This document shows, piece after piece, positions 10,710 to 19,005 of a DNA stretch of 64,000 nucleotides. Origin of the DNA: Candidatus Shapirobacteria bacterium (lineage in GTDB: Bacteria; Patescibacteriota; Microgenomatia; UBA12405); NCBI GenBank assembly GCA_041659325.1, contig JBAZYN010000002.1, positions 140,906-204,905 of the forward strand. The letters run 5' to 3'. Every line of letters starts with the position of its first letter. The stretch's first letter is position 1. The position numbers and the translations under genes are program-made. The notes under the pieces were generated by a model. The model was not told the DNA's origin. It saw only the letters and a list, made by a program, of their open reading frames with translations, and did no database searches.

Positions 10710-11083
10710 AACTAAAAGACCTGGTTGGAGATTATCTTTTGATTACGATTCTTGCTGTAATTGCTTTGTTAATGCTGCTAACCCGGATAATATATACAGC
10801 CGGCAATAAAAGGCAAAACGACAGTCGCGAACTTTTGAAAACTACCGTTCCCTCGTTGGCACCGACACCAACTAGCAGCAATATCGATTTTGAAAAAAGT
10901 TATCCTTTGTGGAAATTGCTGCCCTATACCGGAGATGGTTTTGTGGTGGAAAAATATACAGAACCTTTGGTATTAAAAGTATCCCTTGAAAAAGGTGAAA
11001 AAAGTGCCGGTATCGAAAAAGTAGAGAAATGGTTGGAAGAAAACGAGATAAGTCCGGAAACGCATGTAATTGTGTGGGAATAA
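10706..11083 (+). CDS. small membrane protein, hypothetical
   Basis: ATGA overlap with the upstream gene. Single TM helix (LLITILAVIALLMLL). Confidence 0.4.
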   Translation: MKLKDLVGDYLLITILAVIALLMLLTRIIYTAGNKRQNDSRELLKTTVPSLAPTPTSSNIDFEKSYPLWKLLPYTGDGFVVEKYTEPLVLKVSLEKGEKSAGIEKVEKWLEENEISPETHVIVWE

Positions 11084-11096
11084 TCGCGACAATCCC

Positions 11097-12221
11097 CTAG
11101 TCCTGAAGACGGACAGGCATAATGATGTGAGTCAGGTGCGGCTCGGACTGGTCATGAAAAAATCCCGGGGTCAAAGATTCATTAAGTTCGATGGTTATCC
11201 CCGAGCCTTTGGTGTTGGTTAAAAAATCAGAGACGAATTTGAAATTGAAAGCAATTTCCAAAGGATCCCCTTCAATTTTGGCCTCAACTGAGGCTTTGTT
11301 TTGACCAATTTGAGGAGCGTTGGCAGTTAATTCAAGAAGATTGTTTTTAACGGAAAAACGAACCACATTGGCAGACTCTCGGGCAAAAACCGAAGCGATT
11401 TTTATGGCCTGAAGTAATTCTTCGCGGTCGAGAGAAATTTTGGTGGCATAGGAGTCGGGGATGATTCTTTTGTAGTCGGGGTAGTCCCCTTCAATGAGCC
11501 GGGAAACTATCTCTAGATCGTCCAGGACAAAGACTACCTGGTGTTCGTCTGATGTTAAGCCAATGCGGATAGTTTTAGTGTTTTTAGCCAGTCTAGTGAC
11601 TTCGATAAGACTTTTGGCGGGGATGAGAAAAGTAAGGTTGTCAACGCCCGGTTTTAGTTTAATCGGATTGACAATTTTTATTTCTTTTAGGGAAAGGCGA
11701 AAACCGTCGGTGGCAACTAATTTCAGACTTTCGGGGGTAAATTGACAGAGAATTGAAGTTAGGACCGGCCTGGTGTCGTCGATGGCGGCAGAATAAGCAA
11801 TTTGGGAAATAGCCTGAGAGAGAACGGTCAAATCCAACTCGAAAGAAGTATCGGGATTAATACCAGGGATTTCGGGATAGTCGGCGGACAGAGTGGTGGC
11901 AAAACTGGATTCGGCCTTTGACGAAATTAAAGTGAGTAAATTATTTGGATTCAAATCTAAGTCTATTTTTCCGGTAGGTAAATATGAAACAAATTCAGTA
12001 ATCTCTTTGGCGGGAACGGTGATACTCCCCTCTTGGTCGATCTTGGCGCCAATCCAGTAATTAATGCCTAATTCAAGATTGGTGGCGGAAAGCCGGAGAC
12101 GGCCTTTGTCGGTAAACAAAAGGATATTGCCAAGAATAGGAAGTTGGGTTTTTGAAGAAACAAAGCGAGAAACGTGCCCCAAAGCGGTGTTTAGATTTTC
12201 TTGCAAAAGGGAGATTTTCAT
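11097..12221 (-). CDS. dnaN: DNA polymerase III beta subunit (sliding clamp)
   Basis: Opens MKISLLQENLNTALGHVSRFVSSKTQLPILGNILL with three-domain clamp architecture. Lies directly downstream of dnaA. Confidence 0.9.
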   Translation of the reverse strand: MKISLLQENLNTALGHVSRFVSSKTQLPILGNILLFTDKGRLRLSATNLELGINYWIGAKIDQEGSITVPAKEITEFVSYLPTGKIDLDLNPNNLLTLISSKAESSFATTLSADYPEIPGINPDTSFELDLTVLSQAISQIAYSAAIDDTRPVLTSILCQFTPESLKLVATDGFRLSLKEIKIVNPIKLKPGVDNLTFLIPAKSLIEVTRLAKNTKTIRIGLTSDEHQVVFVLDDLEIVSRLIEGDYPDYKRIIPDSYATKISLDREELLQAIKIASVFARESANVVRFSVKNNLLELTANAPQIGQNKASVEAKIEGDPLEIAFNFKFVSDFLTNTKGSGITIELNESLTPGFFHDQSEPHLTHIIMPVRLQD

Positions 12222-12469
12222 GCCTTATATTAACAGGAAAAGGAAGACTTAAGGAGGTGAAGTTTGAAGCGGTAAATAAAATACAAAGATTAGTTTACAA
12301 AATAGTAGTAGTTATTAGTAGAGAGGGTGGGTAAGTGAAGAAACAGTCTGAGGCAAGCTAGGAAAAAGGTTTATAAGTTTGAAATTTACGGACGATGTTG
12401 ATAAAAACGGGGGTGGCGTCTTATAAGGGCGGTTTAGGTTTGGGTAAACTTCGGGGGAAAAGGGGAAGA

Positions 12470-12600
12470 AAAGTTGTGGATAATAATGTGGATAAGTGGG
12501 GGCAAAATGTGGAAAACCAGAGACGGACTAAAAAGCGGACTTGATTTGGTTGATAACCGAACGGGTTTGTGGATTAGTGGATAAGTCGGTGTGGATTTTG
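12470..12600. promoter_or_regulatory. DnaA-box cluster between dnaA and dnaN (oriC part II)
   Basis: TTGTGGATAA at 12475-12484, TGTGGATAAG at 12487-12496 and TGTGGAAAA at 12508-12516. Degenerate copies GTGGATTAGTGGATAAG / TGTGGATTT lie at 12567-12598. TGTGGATAA is the reverse complement of the TTATCCACA consensus. Confidence 0.5.
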
Positions 12601-13883
12601 TCCCGGGCATGCATAATACTGGTGTGATCCCGACCACCTAAAAGCCGGCCAACTTCTTCGAGAGGCAGGTTGATTTCGGTGATTAAAAGGAAAGCGGTTA
12701 AGTGGCGGGCAGTGACCAGGTCTTTTTTGCGACTGGAACCACAAAGGTCGCCGGTTTTTATGCCGAAATGTTTGGCACAAACAGAGATAATATGCCGGGG
12801 AGTGATGTCATTTCTGGTGAGGGAGGAGGAGTTGTGGGATTGAGGTGAAAAATAATTTTGAACAAATTCAAGATCGATTTCGTCTATTTTTTGGGAGATA
12901 GATTGAATAATGATTTCCTGAAGCTTACCTTCGATATCTCTAATGTTTGAGGTGATGCTGTCGGCCATAAAATTAACGGCATCGGAATCGATTTTTATCC
13001 CCTTTTCTTCAGCTTTTTGTTTGATGATGGCGGCACGCATTTCGAAATCGGGCAGTTGGATGTCGACGGTCAGACCGCCCATAAAACGGGAGACAAGTCG
13101 GTCTTCGATTTTGTCAATGTCGGCGGGTTTACGGTCGGAGGTTAATACGACTTGTTTTCCGGCCATATGGAGGGCGTTGAAAGTGTGAAAAAATTCTTCC
13201 TGGATATATTCTTTTCCGGCCAAAAACTGAATGTCGTCGACCAGAATACAATCAAGGTTTCGATATTTGTCTTTGAACTTGTTCATGTCTTTGGACTTGA
13301 GGGCGCTTATTAGCTCATTGCCAAAAGTTTCGGCGGGAAAATATTTGACTTTTAAGTCGGGGTCTTTTTTTAAGAGCTCGTGGCCTATAGCCTGCATTAA
13401 ATGAGTCTTGCCTACCCCGACTCCACCCCAAATAAAAAACGGATTGTAGGCCAGACCCGGATTTTTTATGATCCCCTGGGCGGCGGCGTAGGCAAAATTA
13501 TTGCTGTTGCCGACAACCAGATTTTCAAAGGTATATTTCGGATGAAGATTGGAGAGAGGGGAACGGTTTTTTTGAGAACCGTAGTTGAACAAGGGAGAGT
13601 TGGCGAGGACGTCGCTATTTAAAATTGGTTCCTGAAGAATAAAATCAAGAGAGTTTTTGGTTTTTGTTTGATTATCCAGGGCGCTTTTGAAGAGATCGTA
13701 GTATCTTTTTTTGTTGATATCAACAAGATAGGTGTTGGGGCAAGCGATGGTAGCCTGATTTTCTTTTAGGGCAATGAGCTGAGTTTTGGCAACAAAGGTT
13801 TGGTAGACGGCCGGAGCCAGGACGACCTTTAGTTCTTCTCTTGCATTTTTCCAAATTCGCTCAATTTCGTGAAGAGGCGGCAT
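12528..13883 (-). CDS. dnaA: chromosomal replication initiator protein DnaA
   Basis: AAA+ Walker A NPFFIWGGVGVGKTHLMQAIG and Walker B LDCILVDDIQF. The C-terminus has a DnaA helix-turn-helix (GRDHTSIMHARDKI). Confidence 0.9.
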   Translation of the reverse strand: MPPLHEIERIWKNAREELKVVLAPAVYQTFVAKTQLIALKENQATIACPNTYLVDINKKRYYDLFKSALDNQTKTKNSLDFILQEPILNSDVLANSPLFNYGSQKNRSPLSNLHPKYTFENLVVGNSNNFAYAAAQGIIKNPGLAYNPFFIWGGVGVGKTHLMQAIGHELLKKDPDLKVKYFPAETFGNELISALKSKDMNKFKDKYRNLDCILVDDIQFLAGKEYIQEEFFHTFNALHMAGKQVVLTSDRKPADIDKIEDRLVSRFMGGLTVDIQLPDFEMRAAIIKQKAEEKGIKIDSDAVNFMADSITSNIRDIEGKLQEIIIQSISQKIDEIDLEFVQNYFSPQSHNSSSLTRNDITPRHIISVCAKHFGIKTGDLCGSSRKKDLVTARHLTAFLLITEINLPLEEVGRLLGGRDHTSIMHARDKIHTDLSTNPQTRSVINQIKSAF

Positions 13884-14100
13884 TAATTTTTTGATAGTTA
13901 AAAAATAACGACATCATCGATAAAATATAAACATTACACCAGGGGGATGGTTGACTTATCCACATGATGATAAAGGAGTTTTCCACAATTAACAATGTGT
14001 CAAATCAACTTCAAATTTAATTATTGTAATCAGTAATCTGTAATCAGTAATTGGTAATTGATGGTCGGTAATTGGTGATAAATATGTTAAGATAGGATTT
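13884..14100. promoter_or_regulatory. oriC part I: AT-rich unwinding region, DnaA boxes and GTAATNN array upstream of dnaA, divergent from rpmH
   Basis: Perfect TTATCCACA at 13966-13974 and TTTTCCACA at 13979-13987. AT-rich runs at 13884-13940 and 14009-14035. The position (dnaA divergent from rpmH-rnpA-yidC) is the canonical origin location. Confidence 0.55.
14036..14090. repeat. GTAATNN 7-nt-period tandem array (G1) in the origin region
   Basis: gtaatca gtaatct gtaatca gtaattg gtaattg atggtcg gtaattg gtgataa. Confidence 0.8.
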
Positions 14101-14232
14101 ATGATAGAAGGAAAACAAAAAGTAAAAAGCACAAAAAGAAAACAGGGGTTTTTAAGAAAGATGTCGACTCAGGACGGCAGAAATGTAATTAAAAGAAGAA
14201 GATCAGCGGGAAGAAAGAGATTGGCAAAATAG
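14101..14232 (+). CDS. rpmH: 50S ribosomal protein L34
   Basis: Not in the ORF track (43 aa). It reads MIEGKQKVKSTKRKQGFLRKMSTQDGRNVIKRRRSAGRKRLAK, matching the L34 pattern K/R-rich ... GFR.RM.T..GR.VL.RRR.KGR..L. Confidence 0.8.
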   Translation: MIEGKQKVKSTKRKQGFLRKMSTQDGRNVIKRRRSAGRKRLAK

Positions 14233-14245
14233 AGTAAAATAGTTT

Positions 14246-14572
14246 GTGCTCCAAAAAAAAGATAGGTTGACTAAAAAAAAGGATTTTCAGGACGTCAGGT
14301 TGAGAGGACGGATGATTCAGTCCCCTTTGTTTGGGTTGAATTACTTAAACTCAGAGAATGGAAATAAATTTGGTTTTATTATCTCCAAAAAGATTTCCAA
14401 GAGGGCGGTTGACAGAAACAGGATAAAAAGGCTATTGGCAGAAGGGGTACGGATGAATATGGATAAAATAAAGGTGGGAGTTTGGGGGGTTTTTTTGGCG
14501 AAAAAGACCTTGCTTGGAAAAAAATTTGAGGAAGTGGAGGGGGAGGTAAGAAAAGTATTTGGTAATCTGTAA
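14246..14572 (+). CDS. rnpA: ribonuclease P protein component
   Basis: 108 aa and basic. Carries the RNR-like motif (KRAVDRNRIKRLL). Sits between rpmH and yidD, the conserved order. Confidence 0.8.
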   Translation: MLQKKDRLTKKKDFQDVRLRGRMIQSPLFGLNYLNSENGNKFGFIISKKISKRAVDRNRIKRLLAEGVRMNMDKIKVGVWGVFLAKKTLLGKKFEEVEGEVRKVFGNL

Positions 14573-14636
14573 CCAGTAATTAGTAACTGGTAACCTACCT
14601 GTCGGCAGGCAGGTCTGTAATTGGTAATCGGTAATA
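14560..14636. repeat. GTAATNN array pair flanking a hairpin (G2) between rnpA and yidD
   Basis: ggtaatc tgtaacc agtaatt agtaact ggtaacc, then tACCTGtcggcaggCAGGTc, then tgtaatt ggtaatc ggtaata. Confidence 0.75.
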
Positions 14637-14848
14637 TATTAGAAATGAAGAAATTAATCCTAATAATATTGAGGTTTTATAAGAGATATATTTCACGTGG
14701 GTATATCTGCCGGATGATACCTAGCTGCTCTGAATATACATATGAAGCGGTAGAAAAATATGGGGTGGTTAAGGGATTGTGGTTGGGGGGGAAGAGGGTG
14801 GTGAGATGTAATCCCCGGGGAAAGGGCGGAATCGATCTGTTAAAATAG
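14621..14848 (+). CDS. yidD: membrane protein insertion efficiency factor YidD
   Basis: ISRGYICRMIPSCSEYTYEAVEKYG...RCNPRGKGGID is the YidD signature. The true start may be MKKL at 14645. Confidence 0.8.
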   Translation: MVIGNILEMKKLILIILRFYKRYISRGYICRMIPSCSEYTYEAVEKYGVVKGLWLGGKRVVRCNPRGKGGIDLLK

Positions 14849-14855
14849 GAGCATT

Positions 14856-15632
14856 ATGAATATTTTTGCAGCACCGTTTGTTAACGCACTTTTTGGGTTT
14901 TATTACCTATTTGGAAATTTGGGTTGGTCGGTGGTGGTGGTAACAATTTTGATCAGATTGCTTTTGCTGCCCCTGGTTTTGCCCAGTTTAAAGTCGGCAA
15001 ACAAAATGAGGGATTTGCAGCCAAAACTAAATAGACTTAAGGAGAAATACGGGAGTGACAAGAAGGGATTGGCAACGGCGCAAATGGATTTGTATAAGCA
15101 GGAAGGGATAAATCCCCTATCAGGGTGTTTGCCGCAGATTTTGCAAATCGCAGTTTTGCTGATATTTTTTTCGGCTTTTAATATGGTTACTTCGTATTCG
15201 GCCGGAAAAGGCAGTATGGAGCAGATTAATAACCATTTGTTGCAGCAATTTAAAATTGACGATAGCTTTAAATTCAATATAGATTTTTTTGGATCGAGCT
15301 TGATTAAAACTCCCTCAGAATTGTTTAAAGATGGAATAGGAGTGGGTTTAATATTGCCCTTTGTGCTTTTAATCGGATCGGGATTATTGCAGTTTTTGAG
15401 CGCCAAAATGATGATGCCGGCGGCAGAAACCGACAAGGAGGTAATTGAAAAAACGAAGGATAAAGAAGATGATATGATGTCGGCCATGAGAACACAGTCG
15501 ACTTATATGATGCCCCTGATGACAGTGTTTATAGGTTGGGGTTTTTCTTTGGGAATTTTGTTATATTGGTTTGTAAATTCGGCGGTAATGCTTGTACAAC
15601 AAATGGTGTCCAACAGAGTGAATAAAGCGTGA
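14856..15632 (+). CDS. yidC: membrane protein insertase YidC/Oxa1 (short form)
   Basis: Five TM helices and the conserved P-L..L.P region (LLLPLVLPSLKSANKMRDLQPKLNRLKEKY) and GCLPQILQI. Confidence 0.85.
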   Translation: MNIFAAPFVNALFGFYYLFGNLGWSVVVVTILIRLLLLPLVLPSLKSANKMRDLQPKLNRLKEKYGSDKKGLATAQMDLYKQEGINPLSGCLPQILQIAVLLIFFSAFNMVTSYSAGKGSMEQINNHLLQQFKIDDSFKFNIDFFGSSLIKTPSELFKDGIGVGLILPFVLLIGSGLLQFLSAKMMMPAAETDKEVIEKTKDKEDDMMSAMRTQSTYMMPLMTVFIGWGFSLGILLYWFVNSAVMLVQQMVSNRVNKA

Positions 15633-15645
15633 TAAAATAGCGACT

Positions 15646-16113
15646 ATGGATAACAAAGAGCGAAACGAAACAATTTTGCAGCTTACCTGTGAATTACTTG
15701 GCAAGATGAACCTGGAGGTAGAGAATGCCTTTGTAGAAGATATTGAGGATGAAGAAGGTCAGGTACTAGTGGGAGTAACGGTGGCAAATCCGGCAAGTTT
15801 AATCGGTTTTAGGGGAAGAAATTTGGCGGCGGTTCAGACAGTGTTGTCTTTGATGGTAAAAAGTAAATTGGGCGAGTGGCTGAGAGTACTTTTGGATGTA
15901 AATAATTACAGAGAGGAGCAAAAAACCAGATTGGAATCGATGGTGAAAAACTTGGCGGAAAAAGTTTTGGAGACAGGCCGGAGTGTGGCACTGGCTAATA
16001 TGAGTTCATATGAAAGAAGAATTTGCCATATGTCGTGTTCAACTATCGAGGGAGTGGTGTCGGAATCCGAGGGCGAGGGCGAAGATAGACATGTGGTGAT
16101 TAAAAAGGCGTAA
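15646..16113 (+). CDS. jag: Jag/KhpB-like RNA-binding protein (KH + R3H)
   Basis: The C-terminal R3H segment is YERRICHMSCSTIEGVVSESEGEGEDRHVVI. The location after yidC is conserved. Confidence 0.7.
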   Translation: MDNKERNETILQLTCELLGKMNLEVENAFVEDIEDEEGQVLVGVTVANPASLIGFRGRNLAAVQTVLSLMVKSKLGEWLRVLLDVNNYREEQKTRLESMVKNLAEKVLETGRSVALANMSSYERRICHMSCSTIEGVVSESEGEGEDRHVVIKKA

Positions 16114-16149
16114 AGCGATAATAGGTTGATGGGCATGGTAGTATAGGGC

Positions 16150-17370
16150 GTGAAGAGGTTTTTGCTTTGGGGTGAGAGGTTGTTTTTGTTTCTTTTTATC
16201 CTTTTTATTCCAACCCAACTGGGGAAACATTTTTGGCCGGAATGGAGCTATGTGTGGGGAATAAGGGTCGATTATTTTTCGCCGGTTTTATATTTTTTGG
16301 ATCTGTTGTGGGTGAGCTGGTTTGGGTTTTATGTTTGGAGTGGGAAAAAAATAGAGACCAAAATTACATTTAAATTTTTTATATTTTTGATGTTTGTGGC
16401 CGTTAATATTTTGATAGCAAAAAACCAGATGGTGGCGGTTTATAAGTGGTTTAGGTTGGGACAGTTGGTATTGACCTGGGTAGTTTTTCGAAAGGATAGA
16501 AAAAGGGTGGAGGAATTTTTGACCAAAGCTATCCCCTGGTGGGTAATTCTGGAAAGTTTACTGGGGTTAGGGCAGGTTTTGATCGGATCGAGTGTAAATG
16601 GCTGGGCATATTTTTTGGGAGAAAGGAGATTTGCCTATACAACTTTGGGGGTAGCGCAGATTTCGGTTTTGGGACAGGGATTGGTTCGGGCCTATGGGAC
16701 TTTTTCACACCCGAATAGTTTGGCGGGATTTTTGTTGGTTAGTCTGATTATCTGGTTTGGCAAAAAGAAGGAGATAAACAGGACTTTTTGGTGGGCGATT
16801 ACCTGGATGGCGGTAGTGGGGATAGTAGTGTCGGGAAGTAGACTGGTGTGGATTCTAACTATGTTGGTAATAATGGCGGTGACTTATTTGCAGTCACGGG
16901 ATAAAAAGAAGGTGGTGGGGGTGGGGATAACGCTGATCGGGATTTTTGTTTTATTGGTAGCGGTGGTGAGTGTGAATTATCGAAGTAGTGATTTTTTGGG
17001 TGGTTGGGATAAAGAGGGTCTGAGCAAAAGAATCAGCTTGAACATGTCGGCAATGAGAATGGTGCGGATCAATCCGCTATTTGGGGTGGGGTTGGGGAAT
17101 TTTATTGTAAGGCTACCGGAGATGCAAAAAAGTGAAAGCTATTTTTGGTTGCAACCGGTTCATAACATAGGACTTCTGGTACTAAGTGAAATTGGGTTTT
17201 TTGGATTAATATGGGTGTTTTTGTTTTTATCGGGATTGAACCGGGGCAGAGTGGCTTTAACCCAGAAAATGATTTGGGTGGCAATATTGGTGACGGGGAT
17301 GTTTGATCACTATTGGCTAACGCTACCCCAAAATTCCTGGTTTTTGGTGGTGGTGATGGCTATTTTGTAA
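16150..17370 (+). CDS. O-antigen ligase/polymerase-like (Wzy_C) polytopic membrane protein
   Basis: About 10 TM helices, with a periplasmic loop carrying HPNSLAGFLLV...SGSRLVW. Confidence 0.55.
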   Translation: MKRFLLWGERLFLFLFILFIPTQLGKHFWPEWSYVWGIRVDYFSPVLYFLDLLWVSWFGFYVWSGKKIETKITFKFFIFLMFVAVNILIAKNQMVAVYKWFRLGQLVLTWVVFRKDRKRVEEFLTKAIPWWVILESLLGLGQVLIGSSVNGWAYFLGERRFAYTTLGVAQISVLGQGLVRAYGTFSHPNSLAGFLLVSLIIWFGKKKEINRTFWWAITWMAVVGIVVSGSRLVWILTMLVIMAVTYLQSRDKKKVVGVGITLIGIFVLLVAVVSVNYRSSDFLGGWDKEGLSKRISLNMSAMRMVRINPLFGVGLGNFIVRLPEMQKSESYFWLQPVHNIGLLVLSEIGFFGLIWVFLFLSGLNRGRVALTQKMIWVAILVTGMFDHYWLTLPQNSWFLVVVMAIL

Positions 17371-17383
17371 AGTAGAATAGATT

Positions 17384-18610
17384 ATGATGAAGAAGCCGAT
17401 TGTAAATACGGTAGTCCAGGTGTTGGGGAAGGTAGTAATGATTGGAGTAAGCCTGTTGACAACGGGTTTGTTGACTAGGGGTTTGGGAGTGGAAGGGTAT
17501 GGAAATTATATTTTGATCACCTCGGTATTTGTTTTAATTGACTCTTTGGCTGATTTTGGAACCAGGATTATCGGGATTAAGGAGGCGGCGGGCGCTGAGA
17601 GCGAGAATGAGAAAAGACGAATATGGGTTCAGATTATGTGGCTACGACTTTTATTGACAGGATCGGCGTTTGTGGCAGGACTGGGGTTGGTGTTTTTTTG
17701 GCGGGGTTTTTCGGGTATCAGACTTGAAGCGGGGGTGGCACTTCTTATGATTTGGTTTACTTCGGTGGCCGGAAGTATAGAGGTCGTGTGGCAGACTCGG
17801 ATGCAGATGTGGGTGAAAGTGTTGGCGGAAACAATATTTCCGGTAATGTTTTTGGGACTGCTGTATTCTGTTTCCGGGCCATTGAACCTGTTTTTGGTGT
17901 TTGGATGTGTGTTGGTGTCAAGAGCTATCAGTCTGGCTTTGGGGTTAAAGGCGGTGTTTTTTGTAATCGACCGAAAGCAGATAAAACCGATAGATTTTGG
18001 GTTTGTTAAAAAAATGTTTATTTTGGCCTGGCCGATGGGGTTGTATCTTCTGATTTTTTCGTCGTATGACCGGGCAGTGGACTCAATGATGATCGAGAGG
18101 ATGGTGGGGGTAAGAGAAGTAGCCTGGTACGGACTTTCGTACAAAATATACTCTACTCTATTGCAACCGGCATACTTTTTTGTCGGAAGTATATTTCCTT
18201 TGTTGTCGGGGAAAAGTGTAGCGGGTGGCAAAAAAAGATTAGTGGGAGTTTCTTTGGGGCTATTGGTTTTGGGAGCGGGAGTGGTGATAACGAGTGTGTA
18301 TTTTTTGGCGCCGTGGATTGTTGCGGTACTAGCGGGTTCTGAGTATGGTGAATCGGCGGTGATTTTGAGGTATTTGCTAGGGGCGGTGTTTTTTTCATAC
18401 CTTGGTCATTTGGCCGGGTTTACACTAATATCCAGGGGTAAACAGAAAACCATGCTAGTTTTTGGGGTGATAGTTTTGGTGTTTAATGTGGTGGCCAACC
18501 TGGTGGCGATACCGCGTTTTGGAGTTTACGGAGCGGCGGGAGTGACGGTAATGACTGAAGCTTTGGGGAGTATTTTGATGATAGGGACATTGGTAATTAG
18601 TAATCGGTAA
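17384..18610 (+). CDS. polysaccharide/oligosaccharide flippase (Wzx/MOP superfamily)
   Basis: A 12-14-TM protein with Wzx-like N-terminal features (VLGKVVMIGVSLLTTGLLTRGLGVEGYGNY). Confidence 0.6.
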   Translation: MMKKPIVNTVVQVLGKVVMIGVSLLTTGLLTRGLGVEGYGNYILITSVFVLIDSLADFGTRIIGIKEAAGAESENEKRRIWVQIMWLRLLLTGSAFVAGLGLVFFWRGFSGIRLEAGVALLMIWFTSVAGSIEVVWQTRMQMWVKVLAETIFPVMFLGLLYSVSGPLNLFLVFGCVLVSRAISLALGLKAVFFVIDRKQIKPIDFGFVKKMFILAWPMGLYLLIFSSYDRAVDSMMIERMVGVREVAWYGLSYKIYSTLLQPAYFFVGSIFPLLSGKSVAGGKKRLVGVSLGLLVLGAGVVITSVYFLAPWIVAVLAGSEYGESAVILRYLLGAVFFSYLGHLAGFTLISRGKQKTMLVFGVIVLVFNVVANLVAIPRFGVYGAAGVTVMTEALGSILMIGTLVISNR

Positions 18611-18633
18611 TCTGTAATCTGTAATGTGTGGCG
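18591..18633. repeat. GTAATNN array (G3) at the flippase gene 3' end, abutting its terminator
   Basis: ggtaatt agtaatc ggtaatc tgtaatc tgtaatg. Confidence 0.75.
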
Positions 18634-18653
18634 GCCGGAAAGGCCGCCTTTTT
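18630..18653 (+). terminator. rho-independent terminator after the flippase gene
   Basis: GGCGGCCGGAAAGGCCGCC hairpin followed by TTTTT. Confidence 0.5.
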
Positions 18654-18795
18654 GATATAGAGTCGTGGCGAGAAGCTTGCAGCAAGGTAATGACGGGGTG
18701 TTTTTGATGTACTAATTGGTTTGTCGTAATAACGATATTTTCTCTTTAATCCCTACAATATATTTTTGTTGGGACGAAATTTTTGGGATGAAATT

Positions 18796-18840
18796 CAAAA
18801 TCTACCCCTATCCCCTCCTTTGAAGAAAGGAGGGGAACAA
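18796..18840. repeat. palindromic element (P8), intergenic
   Basis: aaatctacccctatCCCCTCCTTTGAAGAAAGGAGGGGaacaag, near-identical to P6. Confidence 0.8.
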
Positions 18841-19005
18841 GAAGATGACGTTATTACGTTTTTTTCACGTTCTTACGTATTCCAAACCTAAGCATCTATG
18901 ATGTAATGACAAATAAACTTGTTAATAACCGCATATATACCGAAATATTACCGCAACACGCTTTTTGGGAACTAATGTGGAGAAAATTGATTTAGAATAT
19001 TAACT

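Noticed and set aside
14903-15487. 194-aa minus-strand ORF
   Set aside because: Antisense to the well-supported yidC gene, with low-complexity composition.
17629-18231. 200-aa minus-strand ORF
   Set aside because: Antisense within the flippase gene; no motif.
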